Shown one piece after another: positions 51,113 through 61,980 of a stretch of DNA of 64,000 nucleotides (its first letter is position 1; each line of letters opens with the position of its first letter). Origin of the DNA: an uncultured Gammaproteobacteria bacterium (GTDB lineage: Bacteria; Pseudomonadota; Gammaproteobacteria; SZUA-229); NCBI GenBank assembly GCA_942492025.1, contig CALODJ010000003.1:451841-515840 (forward strand). The letters run 5' to 3'. A model generated the notes under the pieces. The model searched no databases. It was not told the origin of the DNA and saw only the letters and a program-made list of their open reading frames with translations. The translations under genes and the position numbers were made by a program.

Positions 51113-53552
51113 GTCGAGTAGCCGGGAGCAGTTACCTGCTCCCAGCCCTCTAAGAACCGTGCATGCGAGTTTCCCCGCACACGGCTCAAGCCTCAGTAAG
51201 GCCCTATACGGCATTTAGGACCCGGTGGTCGTGAGAATGAAACCTATCGTGGCAAGAGGGATGGAGCATGACAAGGTTGTTCGCTGCGGTCGCACCGCCC
51301 TGGAGCTTGGCTCGGACGTGATGGGTATTCCAGCCGGACTCCGCAGTAATTTTCTGCTGACAGACTGGACAACACCCGAGCTGTTGCCGCCAGAGGTAGC
51401 GTAGTGTTTTCGTCATGGCGTACGCCATCTTGCGATCGAGCCGCCGCTCGAAGTACACTTCCCATTGTGGATCGTAGGGATGGGCCTCCGATTTCACTTT
51501 TACGTGTCGACGAATCCAGATAGACGACATAAACAGCAACCGTGGTGCTTTCGGTTGAGTAATGTTGCTATCCGACCGCTGTTCCGCCTTGTATGCTTCA
51601 CTTCGTTGATCAACAAAGATCCAGTCCCTTGCCCCTTTCCTGACGAAGTAACGCTGCTTGATCCAGGATTTGGGTTTCTTGGGGTGACGTTTGACCGCCC
51701 ATCTCCAGAGCACGCGCCAAATCCAGGCGTCCATCTTTGAGAACACGACTGAGCTGACCACATGACGGTGGTATTGCGCCCAGCCTCGAATGATCTGGTT
51801 GAGCGTTCTAATCACCTGTTCTTGTGGTGCAGATTTCAGTCTGCGCATTACCGACCGGACCTTCTTCTTGAAGGATTGCTGACTTTTCCTTGACGGTTTA
51901 ATCAGCAATTTACCATCATACTTTCTGATGTTCTGTCCGAGAAAATCAAAGCCCTGGTCGATATGCGTGATCTTTGTTTTCTCTTTTGAGAGTTTCAGAC
52001 CACGTTTTGACAGGCAGGCTTCGATCAGGGGGCGTATCTCTTGTTCCAGTATCTCCTTTGTGCTGCCGGTAATGATAAAATCGTCCGCATAGCGGACGAT
52101 GTGCACCTTCGCACGGCGGTAACGTAGACTCGTCTTTGGCAGATAATCGTTGATTACCTGTTCGAGATCGTCGAGTACCATATTTGAGATGATGGGCGAA
52201 ATGATGCCACCTTGGGGAACACCTTTTTCTGATGGGAAGAGTTGCCCGTTATCGATAAAACCTGACCTTAGCCATTGGCGAAGGACAGGTTTCTCCAGAG
52301 GGATGTGTTTCTCCATCCAGCTTGTATCGATATTATCAAAGCAGCCCTCGATGTCGGCTTCCAGTATCCACTGAGCCGCGGTTTTGCGAGCGAGGTCGCA
52401 AAAGCATTGCTCAATCGCATCCGCGGTCGATCGCTCCGGGCGAAAACCGAAGGAGTTGGGTGCGGCCAGTGTTTCCGCCACAGGCTCGAGCGCAAGTGCG
52501 TAAAGCGCCTGCATCGCTCGGTCCTTCATTGTGGGAATCGACAACGGTCGCTTCTTACCATTAGCCTTCGGTATATATACCCTTCGCAACGGGGATGACC
52601 GGTAACCCTTGGACGATAATGAACACGCGGCATCGAACTTGGCAGCGTTGGTTGACCAAATGACGCCATCGATACCCGGTGTTCGCTTGCCACGATTTTC
52701 GGTGACCTTTTTGACAGCCAATAACTTTGCTGAAAAGGACCGAGTTAGGCAGCGCTGGAGATCTCTGACAGATCGCCAGCGTTGTTCACGAGCGGCCTTG
52801 GCGATACGTAATTGAAGTTTCCGAACCCGATGGTAGGTCGATGGCCAATCGATGTCGGCCCAGCTTCCTATCGTCGGAACGGCGTATGTACCATTATCTA
52901 CCATCGCAGTAACGCTTGATATCACAGTTTACTCCACCACGCCGATTTCATCTTCTGCTTCAACGTTCTCGCCATGAAAGACCCGCTAGACGTCAGCCAC
53001 CCTTTCGGGGTCGGAGGTAATGTTGATTGCTCTCAGCCTCTATTCTCATCATTATAACGAGACATTCGCTTCTTCTAGCATCCTACGCCCAGCCTGCCAT
53101 CACCGCGCCTTACGGCTTGGCTTCCACCTTAGGTGGGACAGTCTGGGGTTATCCAGTTCCACACAAATGCCTTGACTGGGTTAGGTGCGACCTTTACTCC
53201 GGCAGTGTATTGTCTGCGTTACCCCTACCGGTTCGGGGATAATCCACACGTGCAGTACCTTTTGGTTCAAGCTTGACAGCCCATTTAGCTTGTTCGGCTT
53301 AACGAAGCGTCAACGGTCGTTCATATGTATTCACCATACCAATCCGCCTAACTCCCTTACCGCGTTGGGCTCGCAGTCCTATCTGTTGCTTCGCAGCCTC
53401 AGACTTGGCGATACCAGGGGATATTGTCCCAACAGCTCAGTACAAGCCATTGCTGGCCTGCACCTGTTGGTAGGCGCCTGCGGCAGAACACAGGGTTAAA
53501 TCCATCCTCCTTATTTGGTTTAACAAAACATTTGTGCGACTTCTGGTCGCAC
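51113..53552 (-). mobile_element. Group II intron (~2.44 kb) inserted in IS66 tnpC.
   Basis: The 5' end GUGCGAC follows the exon ...GAT GGT TAT GCC GGT. A domain V-like GAGCCGUGUGCGGGGAAACUCGCAUGCACGGUUC is present (reverse complement of 51163-51196). The 3' end is ...CUCGAC. The intron encodes the RT/maturase. Confidence 0.8.
51204..52925 (-). CDS. Group II intron-encoded protein (reverse transcriptase, maturase and HNH endonuclease domains).
   Basis: RT motifs (RVYIPKANGKKRPLSIPTMKDRAMQ, YADDFIITG), the maturase X region and C-terminal CCPVCQ...HHV...H zinc/HNH. Confidence 0.9.
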   Translation of the reverse strand: MISSVTAMVDNGTYAVPTIGSWADIDWPSTYHRVRKLQLRIAKAAREQRWRSVRDLQRCLTRSFSAKLLAVKKVTENRGKRTPGIDGVIWSTNAAKFDAACSLSSKGYRSSPLRRVYIPKANGKKRPLSIPTMKDRAMQALYALALEPVAETLAAPNSFGFRPERSTADAIEQCFCDLARKTAAQWILEADIEGCFDNIDTSWMEKHIPLEKPVLRQWLRSGFIDNGQLFPSEKGVPQGGIISPIISNMVLDDLEQVINDYLPKTSLRYRRAKVHIVRYADDFIITGSTKEILEQEIRPLIEACLSKRGLKLSKEKTKITHIDQGFDFLGQNIRKYDGKLLIKPSRKSQQSFKKKVRSVMRRLKSAPQEQVIRTLNQIIRGWAQYHRHVVSSVVFSKMDAWIWRVLWRWAVKRHPKKPKSWIKQRYFVRKGARDWIFVDQRSEAYKAEQRSDSNITQPKAPRLLFMSSIWIRRHVKVKSEAHPYDPQWEVYFERRLDRKMAYAMTKTLRYLWRQQLGCCPVCQQKITAESGWNTHHVRAKLQGGATAANNLVMLHPSCHDRFHSHDHRVLNAV

Positions 53553-54452
53553 ACCGGCATAACCATCGGTTTGCAGCACACCTTTAAAGCCCTCAAGCAG
53601 GCGCACAGGAACCTCTTCACTGCGTGAAGTATCGTAGTCGAACAGGACAACCGGTTGGCCGGGCGGCCCGCCACGGATTAGCTACATCCGTTTATCGGAT
53701 GTGGCTGCCTTGCCATCTTCCTTGAGCACCTGTACCCGTGTTTCATCCGCCTGTAAATAATCACTTTGTAATTGATGTTCTCGCATCAAATTCATCAGCG
53801 GTTTAAAAACATTATCCAGGCGAATGATCCAGTTCGCCATGGTGGTGCGGGTAATAGCACCACCGTAGCGTTTAAGTATTTTTTCCAAACGATACAAGGG
53901 CAGTGCATCCGCATACTTTGACACCAGGATATAGGCCAGCAAGGAGACACTGGCGATACTTTTACCCAAAGGATGGGCCGGACGCTGTGCCGAGATGATT
54001 GTGTTGTCGCCAATCTCTTCGCCAAAGACGGCTTTTTCCTGCCAGTATTCAAGCACCTGTGCGTGAGCCGGGACAATATCCAGTTCTTCCTTGATCTTGC
54101 TAAAGAAGGTATTAATCGCACCGGCTTTTTCTTCGTCAGTCAAGCTGATCTCAATACGTACCCGTGGCAGATCAGCAGAAAAGCCTTCGCGTTTTTTACG
54201 GGATTTCTTCTTCGGCTGGTATTCCTCTGGAATCTGTTTATCCAGATCGCTTAACGCCTGTTCCAGTTCGGCTTCATCAAATAAATCGATCTGGAATCTG
54301 GATTTTTCACTGCTCGACGCAAAACGCTGCAGTTTGGATAAATGCAGTTGCTCTTCCAGTAGCGTGATCAGTTTTTCATAGTGTTCAAGTTGCCGATCTT
54401 TGTCTTCGATAATGCGGTTTTTATTGTCGATAACATCCAGCAAAGACAGCAC
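53553..54452 (-). pseudogene. IS66-family transposase TnpC, 5' exon, with an in-frame TAG (…SDKRM*LIRGGPPGQPVVLFDY…).
   Basis: The IS66 TnpC N-terminus (leucine-zipper region, RFASSSEK) reads through a TAG where the family has W (MW). It continues to ...LQTDGYAG at the intron boundary. Confidence 0.7.
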
Positions 54453-54491
54453 TTTTGAAGCATCAAAAGCCAGTTCCTGTTAGCGGCGCTG

Positions 54492-55110
54492 GTGCCGAAA
54501 CCGCGGGTGAATCTAACGCGTTACCACGGGGTGTTTGCACCCAACAGTCAACATCGCGCGTTGGTGACGCCGGCGCGACGTGGCCGCGGTCATAAGGCCA
54601 CAGTAGCCGCGCCAGAAGCAGCACCGGTTGCAAGCCATGCAGCGATGAACTGGGCGCAACGCTTGAAGCGGGTGTTCGCTATCGACATCGAAACCTGCAG
54701 CGTCTGCGGCGGCAGCATGAAAGTCATCGCTTGCATTGAAGATCCGCTGGTGATCAAGAAGATACTGACACACTTGCGCGGTAAGGGGTTGTATCTAGAG
54801 GCTGCCGGTTTGCCGCAGAGCAGGGCGCCACCGCAGGGCGACTTGTTCAGCTGACACAGACACATCAATGACTCGGAACTCATATAGCTGCAACCCTGAT
54901 GGATACGGCAGGCTAGCGCTTGGCCAGCTGGTTGGAATTCGGTGGTAACAGCTTAAATTCTCGATTGGTGAGCGCGGTATTTATTGAGAGGCGGGTGAGG
55001 TTGGGAAGGAATTCGTGCTTAGGGGTGGGTTAATTACCATGATTGGCTGGGAAGTACCGGTCACTATTCTGGCAATAGGGCGTTTGTTTTACTTATACAC
55101 ACCACAAGCG
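54492..55110 (+). mobile_element. IS91-family element 3' fragment, copy C (C-terminal ~120 codons of the transposase plus the end region). It abuts the truncated IS66.
   Basis: LTRYHGVFAPNSQHRALVTPA...WAQRLKRVFAIDIETCSVCGGSMKVIACIEDPLVIKKILTHLRGKGLYLEAAGLPQSRAPPQGDLFS. Confidence 0.6.
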
Positions 55111-55339
55111 CGTATAGTCCATGACCTGTATCCTAAACCTCAGTGGATGACTCAAGCTGGGAGCCGGATGGTGTAACGCTCCAAGTCCGGTTCTGCGAGG
55201 AGCCGGGGACGAATCGTTGTATGGCTAGTATTTTGTGGCACCGTCGGGAAACCAGGCGGCTAACAGAGAAGACTAACTTTAGCCTAAGCAGCGGCGAGGA
55301 ACCGGCTTACTCTCCGTATACTTATTTCCTCCATTTTTG

Positions 55340-55650
55340 ATGCCCAAGGGCAGATATATGCTGTTTCTCACTAGCAGAGCTCTTAAGGCGATCAATACAG
55401 GCATCTTTCTGGTTATAGTGTCTTACTCTGCCTTTGGCGATACAGAGGTTTGGCGTCTGGATCTGGCCACTGAATCTCAGAAAGTAGGACCGGAGGCCTT
55501 TGCGGCGTGGATGGCAAAAAAAGGATTTCAGCCTTTCAAGTACCTGTTTTTCAAATGCCGACCCGAACTCTGACGAATCGGATCTTGCGCGGGTGTTCCC
55601 CAGCCGTGCCTGGTAAGGCAAGAGAAGGATTCAAGTTCGCATATCGTCTA
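55340..55650 (+). repeat. Copy 1 of a ~300-bp duplicated segment (the 5' part of a DUF3047-like gene). It carries a TGA where copy 2 has TGG.
   Basis: About 85% nucleotide identity with 60195-60500. The ORF MLFLTSRALKAINTGIFLVIVSY...FKYLFFKCRPEL* is truncated. Confidence 0.6.
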
Positions 55651-55867
55651 ATCCAGCCTTGCTACCGAGCTTTCGCGGGAGCGATACTGGCTGCGAAGAT
55701 CGTCGCATTCTTGCAAGTCTGTTTTCGTGACGCTGCATGATAATGAGTGATGTAATATCCGGGCATATAGGTGTTAAAACACTTTCCGGCCCTCAATCCC
55801 GCCGCAAACAGGATCTGGGTGTTGGGACTGCGCGCACGGCTGGCGCTTTAAATGGCCGGGAGTATCC

Positions 55868-56803
55868 ATGAATTTGGTAATGTGTCTTATGGGTGTCTTG
55901 CTGTTCACCGGCGCCGGCGCCCTGTCGGGGGCGGAGCTGCGTGGGCTTCTGGTGTACGGCCATGAAGTACGCAGTCTGCAGCCTTGCGGTGATACGCGTG
56001 TTTTCTGGGTGCACGCGCCTGGTGCTTTGCACGAGCAGCTGCAAACTGATTACCGCCGCCTCGCCAAGCGACCTTACGAGCCGCTTTACGTCGAGATCGA
56101 GGGGGAGTTCAGCCAACACCAGGTGAGTGGATTTGCCGCGGACTACGACGGGACCATTGTGGTCAGAGAGGTCCGATCGGTCTCAGCTGACGGCATCGAG
56201 GCCTGTCGCGCGGCACAGCCGGCAGCGGCTCCCGAGCCGCCTGCGTCTGACGGTGCCACGACCTACGTTTTTGTGTGTGACGAACAAACCGCCTACACGG
56301 TGCGCGCTACCGGGGCCGAAGCCTGGGTATTCCGCCCGGAAGCCACCCTGATGCTTCCAGCCGTGCCGGTCAGGGTGGGGGCAAAATATTCTGACGGCGC
56401 CTTCGAACTCTGGATAGACGGTCAGCAGGCGCAACTCGGCGAGTCGGGTAACGAACTGCAGCGCTGCCGCAATGACCGGCGACGTGCGGTCTGGGAGAAA
56501 GCGAAGCTCGACGGTGCGGACTTCCGGGCGGTCGGTAACGAGCCGGGGTGGAATCTGCAGATCCTGGAAGGCAGCCGAATCGTGCTGATTGCCGATTATG
56601 GTGCCACGCGGGTCGAACGGCCGCTGCCTCAACCAATAATTGACCAGGAAGCCCGCACCACGCGCTGGAATGCCGGCGAGCTGATTGTCGAGGTCAACGG
56701 CTTTCCCTGCCGTGATTCCATGAGTGGCGAGTCGTTCGAGTCGACTGTGGTAGTGACGTGGGGTGAGCAGACACTCAGGGGGTGTGGGCGTGCCCTGCAT
56801 TGA
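55868..56803 (+). CDS. Periplasmic protein with an MliC-like (C-type lysozyme inhibitor) domain (high GC).
   Basis: Signal peptide. ...VRVGAKYSDGAFELWIDGQQAQL resembles the MliC SGAKY...W.KG.EA.L core. A C-terminal Cys-containing repeat C.D.MSG...GCG is present. Confidence 0.45.
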   Translation: MNLVMCLMGVLLFTGAGALSGAELRGLLVYGHEVRSLQPCGDTRVFWVHAPGALHEQLQTDYRRLAKRPYEPLYVEIEGEFSQHQVSGFAADYDGTIVVREVRSVSADGIEACRAAQPAAAPEPPASDGATTYVFVCDEQTAYTVRATGAEAWVFRPEATLMLPAVPVRVGAKYSDGAFELWIDGQQAQLGESGNELQRCRNDRRRAVWEKAKLDGADFRAVGNEPGWNLQILEGSRIVLIADYGATRVERPLPQPIIDQEARTTRWNAGELIVEVNGFPCRDSMSGESFESTVVVTWGEQTLRGCGRALH

Positions 56804-56829
56804 ATACTGACATAAAGAGGACCGGGTAC

Positions 56830-57300
56830 ATGTACGATTGGAGTTTGGCGGGGCTTTTTCTGATGACTTGCTTTGTCGCGTTTGGTGTAAACGCATCGGT
56901 GACGGGTGGCGGCGGCGCCGATGGCGCGACCCGCGACGCCCTCACCGGCACGAGCTGGAACCTGGTGGCTCTGATGGGCGAGGACATCGACCCTGCGCTG
57001 CCGACGGTGACCCTCCACTTTGATGTCGACGGTACCCTGGGTGGCTTTGACGGCTGCAACCGTTATCGGGGTGCCTTCTCCGTCGCTGGCACGGCAATCC
57101 ATATCCCGAGTGAGATGGCGACAACGCGAGCAGCCTGTCGCGAGCCGCTGGCGAGCTGCTTTGCCTCGGTCACACCCATCAGCCCGGCTATCGCGCGGTG
57201 CTGGAACGGCTCGCAACGCTTCCCTTTGTCGCGGAGATCCACGAGGCTTTCTTCGAATGAGGAGCTTCCTGCCGGCGATTCGACAAAATCCACAAACTAA
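56830..57300 (+). CDS. META/HslJ-domain protein (DUF306). The C-terminal third may be frameshifted.
   Basis: LTGTSWNLVALMGE...TLHFDVDGTLGGFDGCNRYRGAF matches the HslJ GCNR motif. AAGAGG RBS. Confidence 0.5.
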   Translation: MYDWSLAGLFLMTCFVAFGVNASVTGGGGADGATRDALTGTSWNLVALMGEDIDPALPTVTLHFDVDGTLGGFDGCNRYRGAFSVAGTAIHIPSEMATTRAACREPLASCFASVTPISPAIARCWNGSQRFPLSRRSTRLSSNEELPAGDSTKSTN

Positions 57301-57708
57301 GGAGTAGCTAAGGGGACGGTAGCGTCCCCTTTTTATCACGCATATTCGAAGATTCTGAAAAATGCGTTAAAGCACTTCCAAACTGATCGATTGCTTATTT
57401 CTATCGCTAATATAGTAATAAATGAATTTATCTATAGCCACACCGTACCCATAATTACATTCGTAGTCTGTTTTAACTCTGATGGAGTGACAACGATGCT
57501 GACAAAGATAATGCATTGCACTGTTGCGTTAACCGTCAGCTATGTGGTGATACTGCACTATCGCTATCGGCGAGCCCGCAGTCAATAATTCACCTGTAAT
57601 TGATGTCAGAAGTTTTGAAGCCGACTGTCCTCGCATAGGCAAGACAATTCGCCGATGCGGCCGAGAAAATTTTATTCGTAATCGATTTAATAAAATAGGA
57701 GTACAAAC

Positions 57709-58458
57709 ATGCTTAAAAACAGAGAAAACCAGAAAGTACCTAAGATTACTTTCCGCACACGTCGTGACCACGAATGGCTTGACGTCAAAAGTGAGGACAT
57801 ATTCAACAACAGAACGGTCGTCGTGTTCGCGCTACCGGGTGCGTTCACACCGACCTGTTCATCGACCCACGTACCTCGCTACAACCAGCTCGCTCCGACA
57901 TTGAAAAAGCACGGTGTCGACGAGGTTGTATGTGTTTCCGTTAATGATGCTTTCGTAATGAACGAATGGCAGCACGAGCAGAAAGCTTTCAATATCACTT
58001 TTCTGCCCGACGGCAACGGTGACTTCAGTCGCGGCATGGGTATGTTGGTGTCGAAGGATGACCTGGGTTTTGGTGAGCGCTCCTGGCGTTACTCGATGTT
58101 AGTCAAAGATGGCGTGATCGAGAAGATGTTTATCGAACCCGACGTACCGGGCGACCCGTTTGAAGTCTCCGACGCCGACACCATGCTCGATTACGTCGCG
58201 CCAGGCGTCCGTGCGCCAATGGATGTGACCGTGTTCACCCGCGAGGGCTGCCCGTTCTGTGTCCGCGCCAAAGGCTTACTGAACGACGCTGGCATCGATT
58301 TCGAAGAGCTGGTGCTGAATCGCGACTTCAGCGAATCGACCATCCGTGCCGTATCCGGCCGCGCCAAAGTGCCGCAGGTGTTTATCAACGGTGAACATAT
58401 CGGCGGTTCGGACGAGCTGGAAGCCTGGCTCGAAAGTGAGTCCAGAGACGCAGCCTGA
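57709..58458 (+). CDS. Hybrid peroxiredoxin 5 / glutaredoxin (PGdx-type).
   Basis: Prx5 motif [12 protein letters not shown] plus the C-terminal glutaredoxin CPFC active site. Confidence 0.85.
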   Translation: MLKNRENQKVPKITFRTRRDHEWLDVKSEDIFNNRTVVVFALPGAFTPTCSSTHVPRYNQLAPTLKKHGVDEVVCVSVNDAFVMNEWQHEQKAFNITFLPDGNGDFSRGMGMLVSKDDLGFGERSWRYSMLVKDGVIEKMFIEPDVPGDPFEVSDADTMLDYVAPGVRAPMDVTVFTREGCPFCVRAKGLLNDAGIDFEELVLNRDFSESTIRAVSGRAKVPQVFINGEHIGGSDELEAWLESESRDAA

Positions 58459-58555
58459 ACAATCAGCACCTACTCGGGCCGTTGCCACACTTCGGTAGCG
58501 GCCCGGCCTGAGTCAACCAATGCAACTGCACTGATAGCATAGATTGAGGAACATC

Positions 58556-59971
58556 ATGAAAAAACACTGCTACGATCTGATCGTAATTGGCGGCGGCAGC
58601 GGCGGTCTCGCCGTTGCGGAAAAAGCTGCTCAGTTCGGCAAAGAGGTCGCCATCATCGAGGCCAACCGTATTGGCGGTACCTGCGTGAACAATGGCTGCG
58701 TACCCAAAAAAGTCATGTGGTACGCCGCCAGTCTGGCGCATGCCGTTGATGATGCCGCCGCGTTCGGCATACCCGCAAGTCGCGGTAAAACCAAATGGCA
58801 AGCGTTGGTGAGGGGCCGTGATGACTACATCCGCAACATCAATGCGTATTGGGATGGTTACGTCGCCGACAGCGGCATCCACCGCATCGATGGTCATGGC
58901 CGGTTCGTTGACCGCAATACGGTCGAAGTCAACGGCCGGAAATTCACCGCGGACCACATCGTGATTGCCACTGGTAGCCGGCCTATCGTGCCGCCGGTGC
59001 CGGGCGCTGATTTCGGCATCACGTCAGACGGTTTTTTTAAACTGGACGGTCTGCCTGAGCGTGTGGCCGTGATTGGTGGCGGTTATATCAGTGTCGAACT
59101 CAGCGGTGTGCTCAATGCCTTGGGTTCCGAGGTTACCGTTATCGCGCTCGAACACCGGATCATGGAGCGGTTTGATCCCATGGTCAGTGATGTACTGCAG
59201 CGCGAGATGCGACGCCAGGGTATCCGCGTCAACACCGGCTTCCAGGCAGCGGCCTTGAGCCGATCCGATTCCAGCATCCGTATTGCTTCGAAAGACGGCG
59301 TTGTTCTCGATGGATTCGATACTGTTATCTGGGCGGTTGGTCGCCGCGCCAATACCGATGATCTCGATCTTGATTCGACCGGAGTGGAGAGGCTAGCGAA
59401 CGGCAACATCCCCGTGGACGCGTACGAAAACACCAATGTCGATGGTGTCTATGCGATAGGCGACGTCACCGGTAAGATGCCGCTGACGCCGGTCGCCATT
59501 GCCGCCGGTCGCCGTCTCGCCGAGCGCTTGTTCAACAACCGTCCCAACAGCAAAGTGGACTACGACAATATACCCAGTGTCGTGTTCTCACATCCGCCCA
59601 TTGCTACGGTCGGGCTCTCGGAAGACAGTGCACGTGCTCGATACGGTGATAACGTCACGACCTACACTAGCGAGTTCACGCCGATGCGGTACGCGCTATC
59701 GACGCGTGCAACAGAGACTGCGATGAAGTTAGTGTGTGCTGGCGATGATGAAAAAATTGTTGGCATTCACATCATTGGCGATAATGGCGACGAAATGCTG
59801 CAGGGCTTCGCGGTCGCCGTCAAGATGGGCGCAACCAAGGCCGATTTCGACAGCACCATCGCAATCCATCCGACGAGCTCGGAAGAGCTGGTCACGATGA
59901 AAACAGCAGACGCATCAGGAAAGATACACCACGATGTCGATGAAGGTATCGAATGGCGCGAGGCATCTTAA
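58556..59971 (+). CDS. gor: Glutathione-disulfide reductase.
   Basis: [12 protein letters not shown], redox-active [13 protein letters not shown] and a dimerisation domain with HPT(S)SEE. Confidence 0.88.
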   Translation: MKKHCYDLIVIGGGSGGLAVAEKAAQFGKEVAIIEANRIGGTCVNNGCVPKKVMWYAASLAHAVDDAAAFGIPASRGKTKWQALVRGRDDYIRNINAYWDGYVADSGIHRIDGHGRFVDRNTVEVNGRKFTADHIVIATGSRPIVPPVPGADFGITSDGFFKLDGLPERVAVIGGGYISVELSGVLNALGSEVTVIALEHRIMERFDPMVSDVLQREMRRQGIRVNTGFQAAALSRSDSSIRIASKDGVVLDGFDTVIWAVGRRANTDDLDLDSTGVERLANGNIPVDAYENTNVDGVYAIGDVTGKMPLTPVAIAAGRRLAERLFNNRPNSKVDYDNIPSVVFSHPPIATVGLSEDSARARYGDNVTTYTSEFTPMRYALSTRATETAMKLVCAGDDEKIVGIHIIGDNGDEMLQGFAVAVKMGATKADFDSTIAIHPTSSEELVTMKTADASGKIHHDVDEGIEWREAS

Positions 59972-60200
59972 ACGTGCCGGATCAGCGGGCACATGATTTG
60001 AGTATTCTGATTAAACGCTCTCTGATCCGGTTTTCATCGCTTTAGCAGAATTTGGACTCTACCGGCATACCTCTACGAACTACGTGGCTTTTTGACGGCA
60101 CCAGGTGATTCATAACCACGGAGGCGTTAGAATCGAGGTGTTTTGAGAGAGAAGCGGCTTCAGCCGCGCACGGGTCACTACGTTTTTGACGTTAAAGGGC

Positions 60201-60925
60201 AGACATATGCTGTTTCTTAGTCGCAAAGCTCTTCGAGCGATCTATGCAGGCATCTTTCTGGTTATGGTGTCTTACCTGCCGTTGGCGATACAGGGGTTTG
60301 GCGTCTCGATCTGGCCGCTGAATCTCAGAAAATAGAGCCGGAGGACTTTGCGGCGTGGATGGAAAATAATGGATGTCAGCCATTCGAATTCCTGTTTTTC
60401 AAACGGCGACCCGAGCACTGGCGAATCGGACCTTGTGATGGTGCGCCCCAGCCTTGCCTGGTACTGCAAGAGAAAGACTCTAGATCCCATATCGTCTACT
60501 TCTTTGAGCCTGCTCTGGGTGTTGGAGATACGCTGGTGGTTGAGCTAGCCTATCTGGTCAAAGTGCAACCGGCAGGTGCGCGTTTAGACCGGAAAACCAA
60601 AGAGGACGCTCCACTCAGGATTTTTTTGAGTTTCCAGACAAAAGACGATCTGCTTCATCTGGCACTGACCGATAGTGCCGCCCATGTAGCGGGAACAGTG
60701 GTCAAATCCGAACGCGAACCCGATAATATCCGCTATTTCATGCTACCTGACCGGTTAGAGGCCGAAGGTTACCAATCCGGTACATTCCCCGCGAAAACCA
60801 TTTTTCAGAAAGTTTTCGGGTCGAGGGATCCGGGTGAGCTGGTAGCGATCGGTATCAAATCAGACAGTAATAATCTCGGTGGCGAAAGCCTCACCTACCT
60901 GAAAACCCTGCGGTTGATCCGTTAG
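60201..60925 (+). pseudogene. DUF3047-like protein gene, copy 2, with a 1-bp frameshift near the 5' end.
   Basis: MLFLSRKALRAIYAGIFLVMVSY goes out of frame. The remainder (FEFLFFKRRPEHWRIGP...SLTYLKTLRLIR) is intact in the 60359 ORF. Confidence 0.5.
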
Positions 60926-61191
60926 TCGATCAGATTTCAGATTACTACAAGGGTATGGTCGTTTTAACGATGGCTAAAGGCGGCCTGATGTACGAAGCAT
61001 CATTGGGTGGCCAGAAATATAGTTATTTCAGGGTTCGCTGATATCCTGAATGTAATGCCTCATGGTGCATTGGCACTGGTAGCTGCGGATACCGGCATTG
61101 TTACGATTCGCCCTCAAAAAAACAGAAAACCATCTTCTAGAATAAGGTTAATGACAAATAGCTTGAGCACAAGTCAGCACGATCGCGCGCA

Positions 61192-61980
61192 ATGGGTCCT
61201 GCAGTCACAAAAGATGGTGTCACCATCTCCGTACTTGCCAATGTGGGTTGCAGCGCTGATACAGAAAAAGCGATGTTGAACGGTGCAGAGGGCGTTGGTT
61301 TGTTCCGGTTGGAGCAAGCCTACCTGGGCCGTGTGGTACCGCCCGATAGCGATGCGCTCCTTGATGAGATGCGGCAGACACTGGACGCGGCCAAGGGCTG
61401 CACTGTCGATGTGCGGCTGCTGGATATTGGTTCCGATAAACCCTTGCCCTTTATAGCGTTCATGGCGGAAACGAATCCCTCCCTGGGCCGTCGAGGCATC
61501 CGTTTTCTGCGCGAGTACCGCGAGCTTTTAAAGACACAGCTGCGTGCCGTGCTGGAACTTGCCAGCGAATTTGACGTGCGTGTGCTGGTCCCCATGGTGA
61601 CGCTGCCGGATGATGTTTCGGTTGTGAAAGCGTGCCTCGCTCAACTCTGTTTAGAGCTGAAGATCTCTCCTCCACCCAGCTTGGGAGCGATGATTGAGAC
61701 GCCAGCCGCCGCACTTGCAGCGGACCGGGAGAATGCAGCGGTGGAACACTATTACAAGGATGCTTCGGATGTCATATTCAGATTGTTGAGGCTGACGCAC
61801 GATGATGTACCCGATGTTCCCCTTTCCTTGTGCGGCGAGCTTGCAGGTCGGCCGGAGCACATTCCCAGGCTCCTCCAGTGCGGGATAAGAACATTCAGTA
61901 TCGCTGCACCATTGATTCCGATAATCAAAGAGACTATTCGAAATTCCTGGTGCTCAGCACCCTTGAAACGCAACCAATGA
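61192..61980 (+). pseudogene. C-terminal (PEP-utilising TIM-barrel) domain of a PtsI/PtsP-like enzyme I, without the HPr-binding and phosphohistidine domains.
   Basis: DGVTISVLANVGCSADTEKAMLNGAEGVGLFRLEQ and ...LGAMIETPAAALAAD match the EI C-domain. No upstream domains are present in frame. Confidence 0.5.

Larger units (their letters stand above)
50476..54452 (-). mobile_element. IS66-family element remnant. It keeps the right terminal IR (GTAAGCGCC...) and tnpC, which is split by a group II intron and carries an internal stop. tnpA/tnpB are absent.
   Basis: GTAAGCG terminal sequence 19 bp beyond the tnpC stop. The tnpC N-part lies at 53553-54452 and the C-part at 50495-51112. Confidence 0.7.

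Noticed and set aside
53027-53500. Small plus-strand ORFs (71-104 aa) within 53027-53500.
   Set aside because: They lie inside the group II intron ribozyme domains (domain I region) on the opposite strand and are not coding.
56183-57339. Minus-strand ORFs of ~236 aa overlapping the MliC-like and HslJ-like genes.
   Set aside because: They are antisense frames in a high-GC block. The plus-strand genes carry signal peptides and family motifs.
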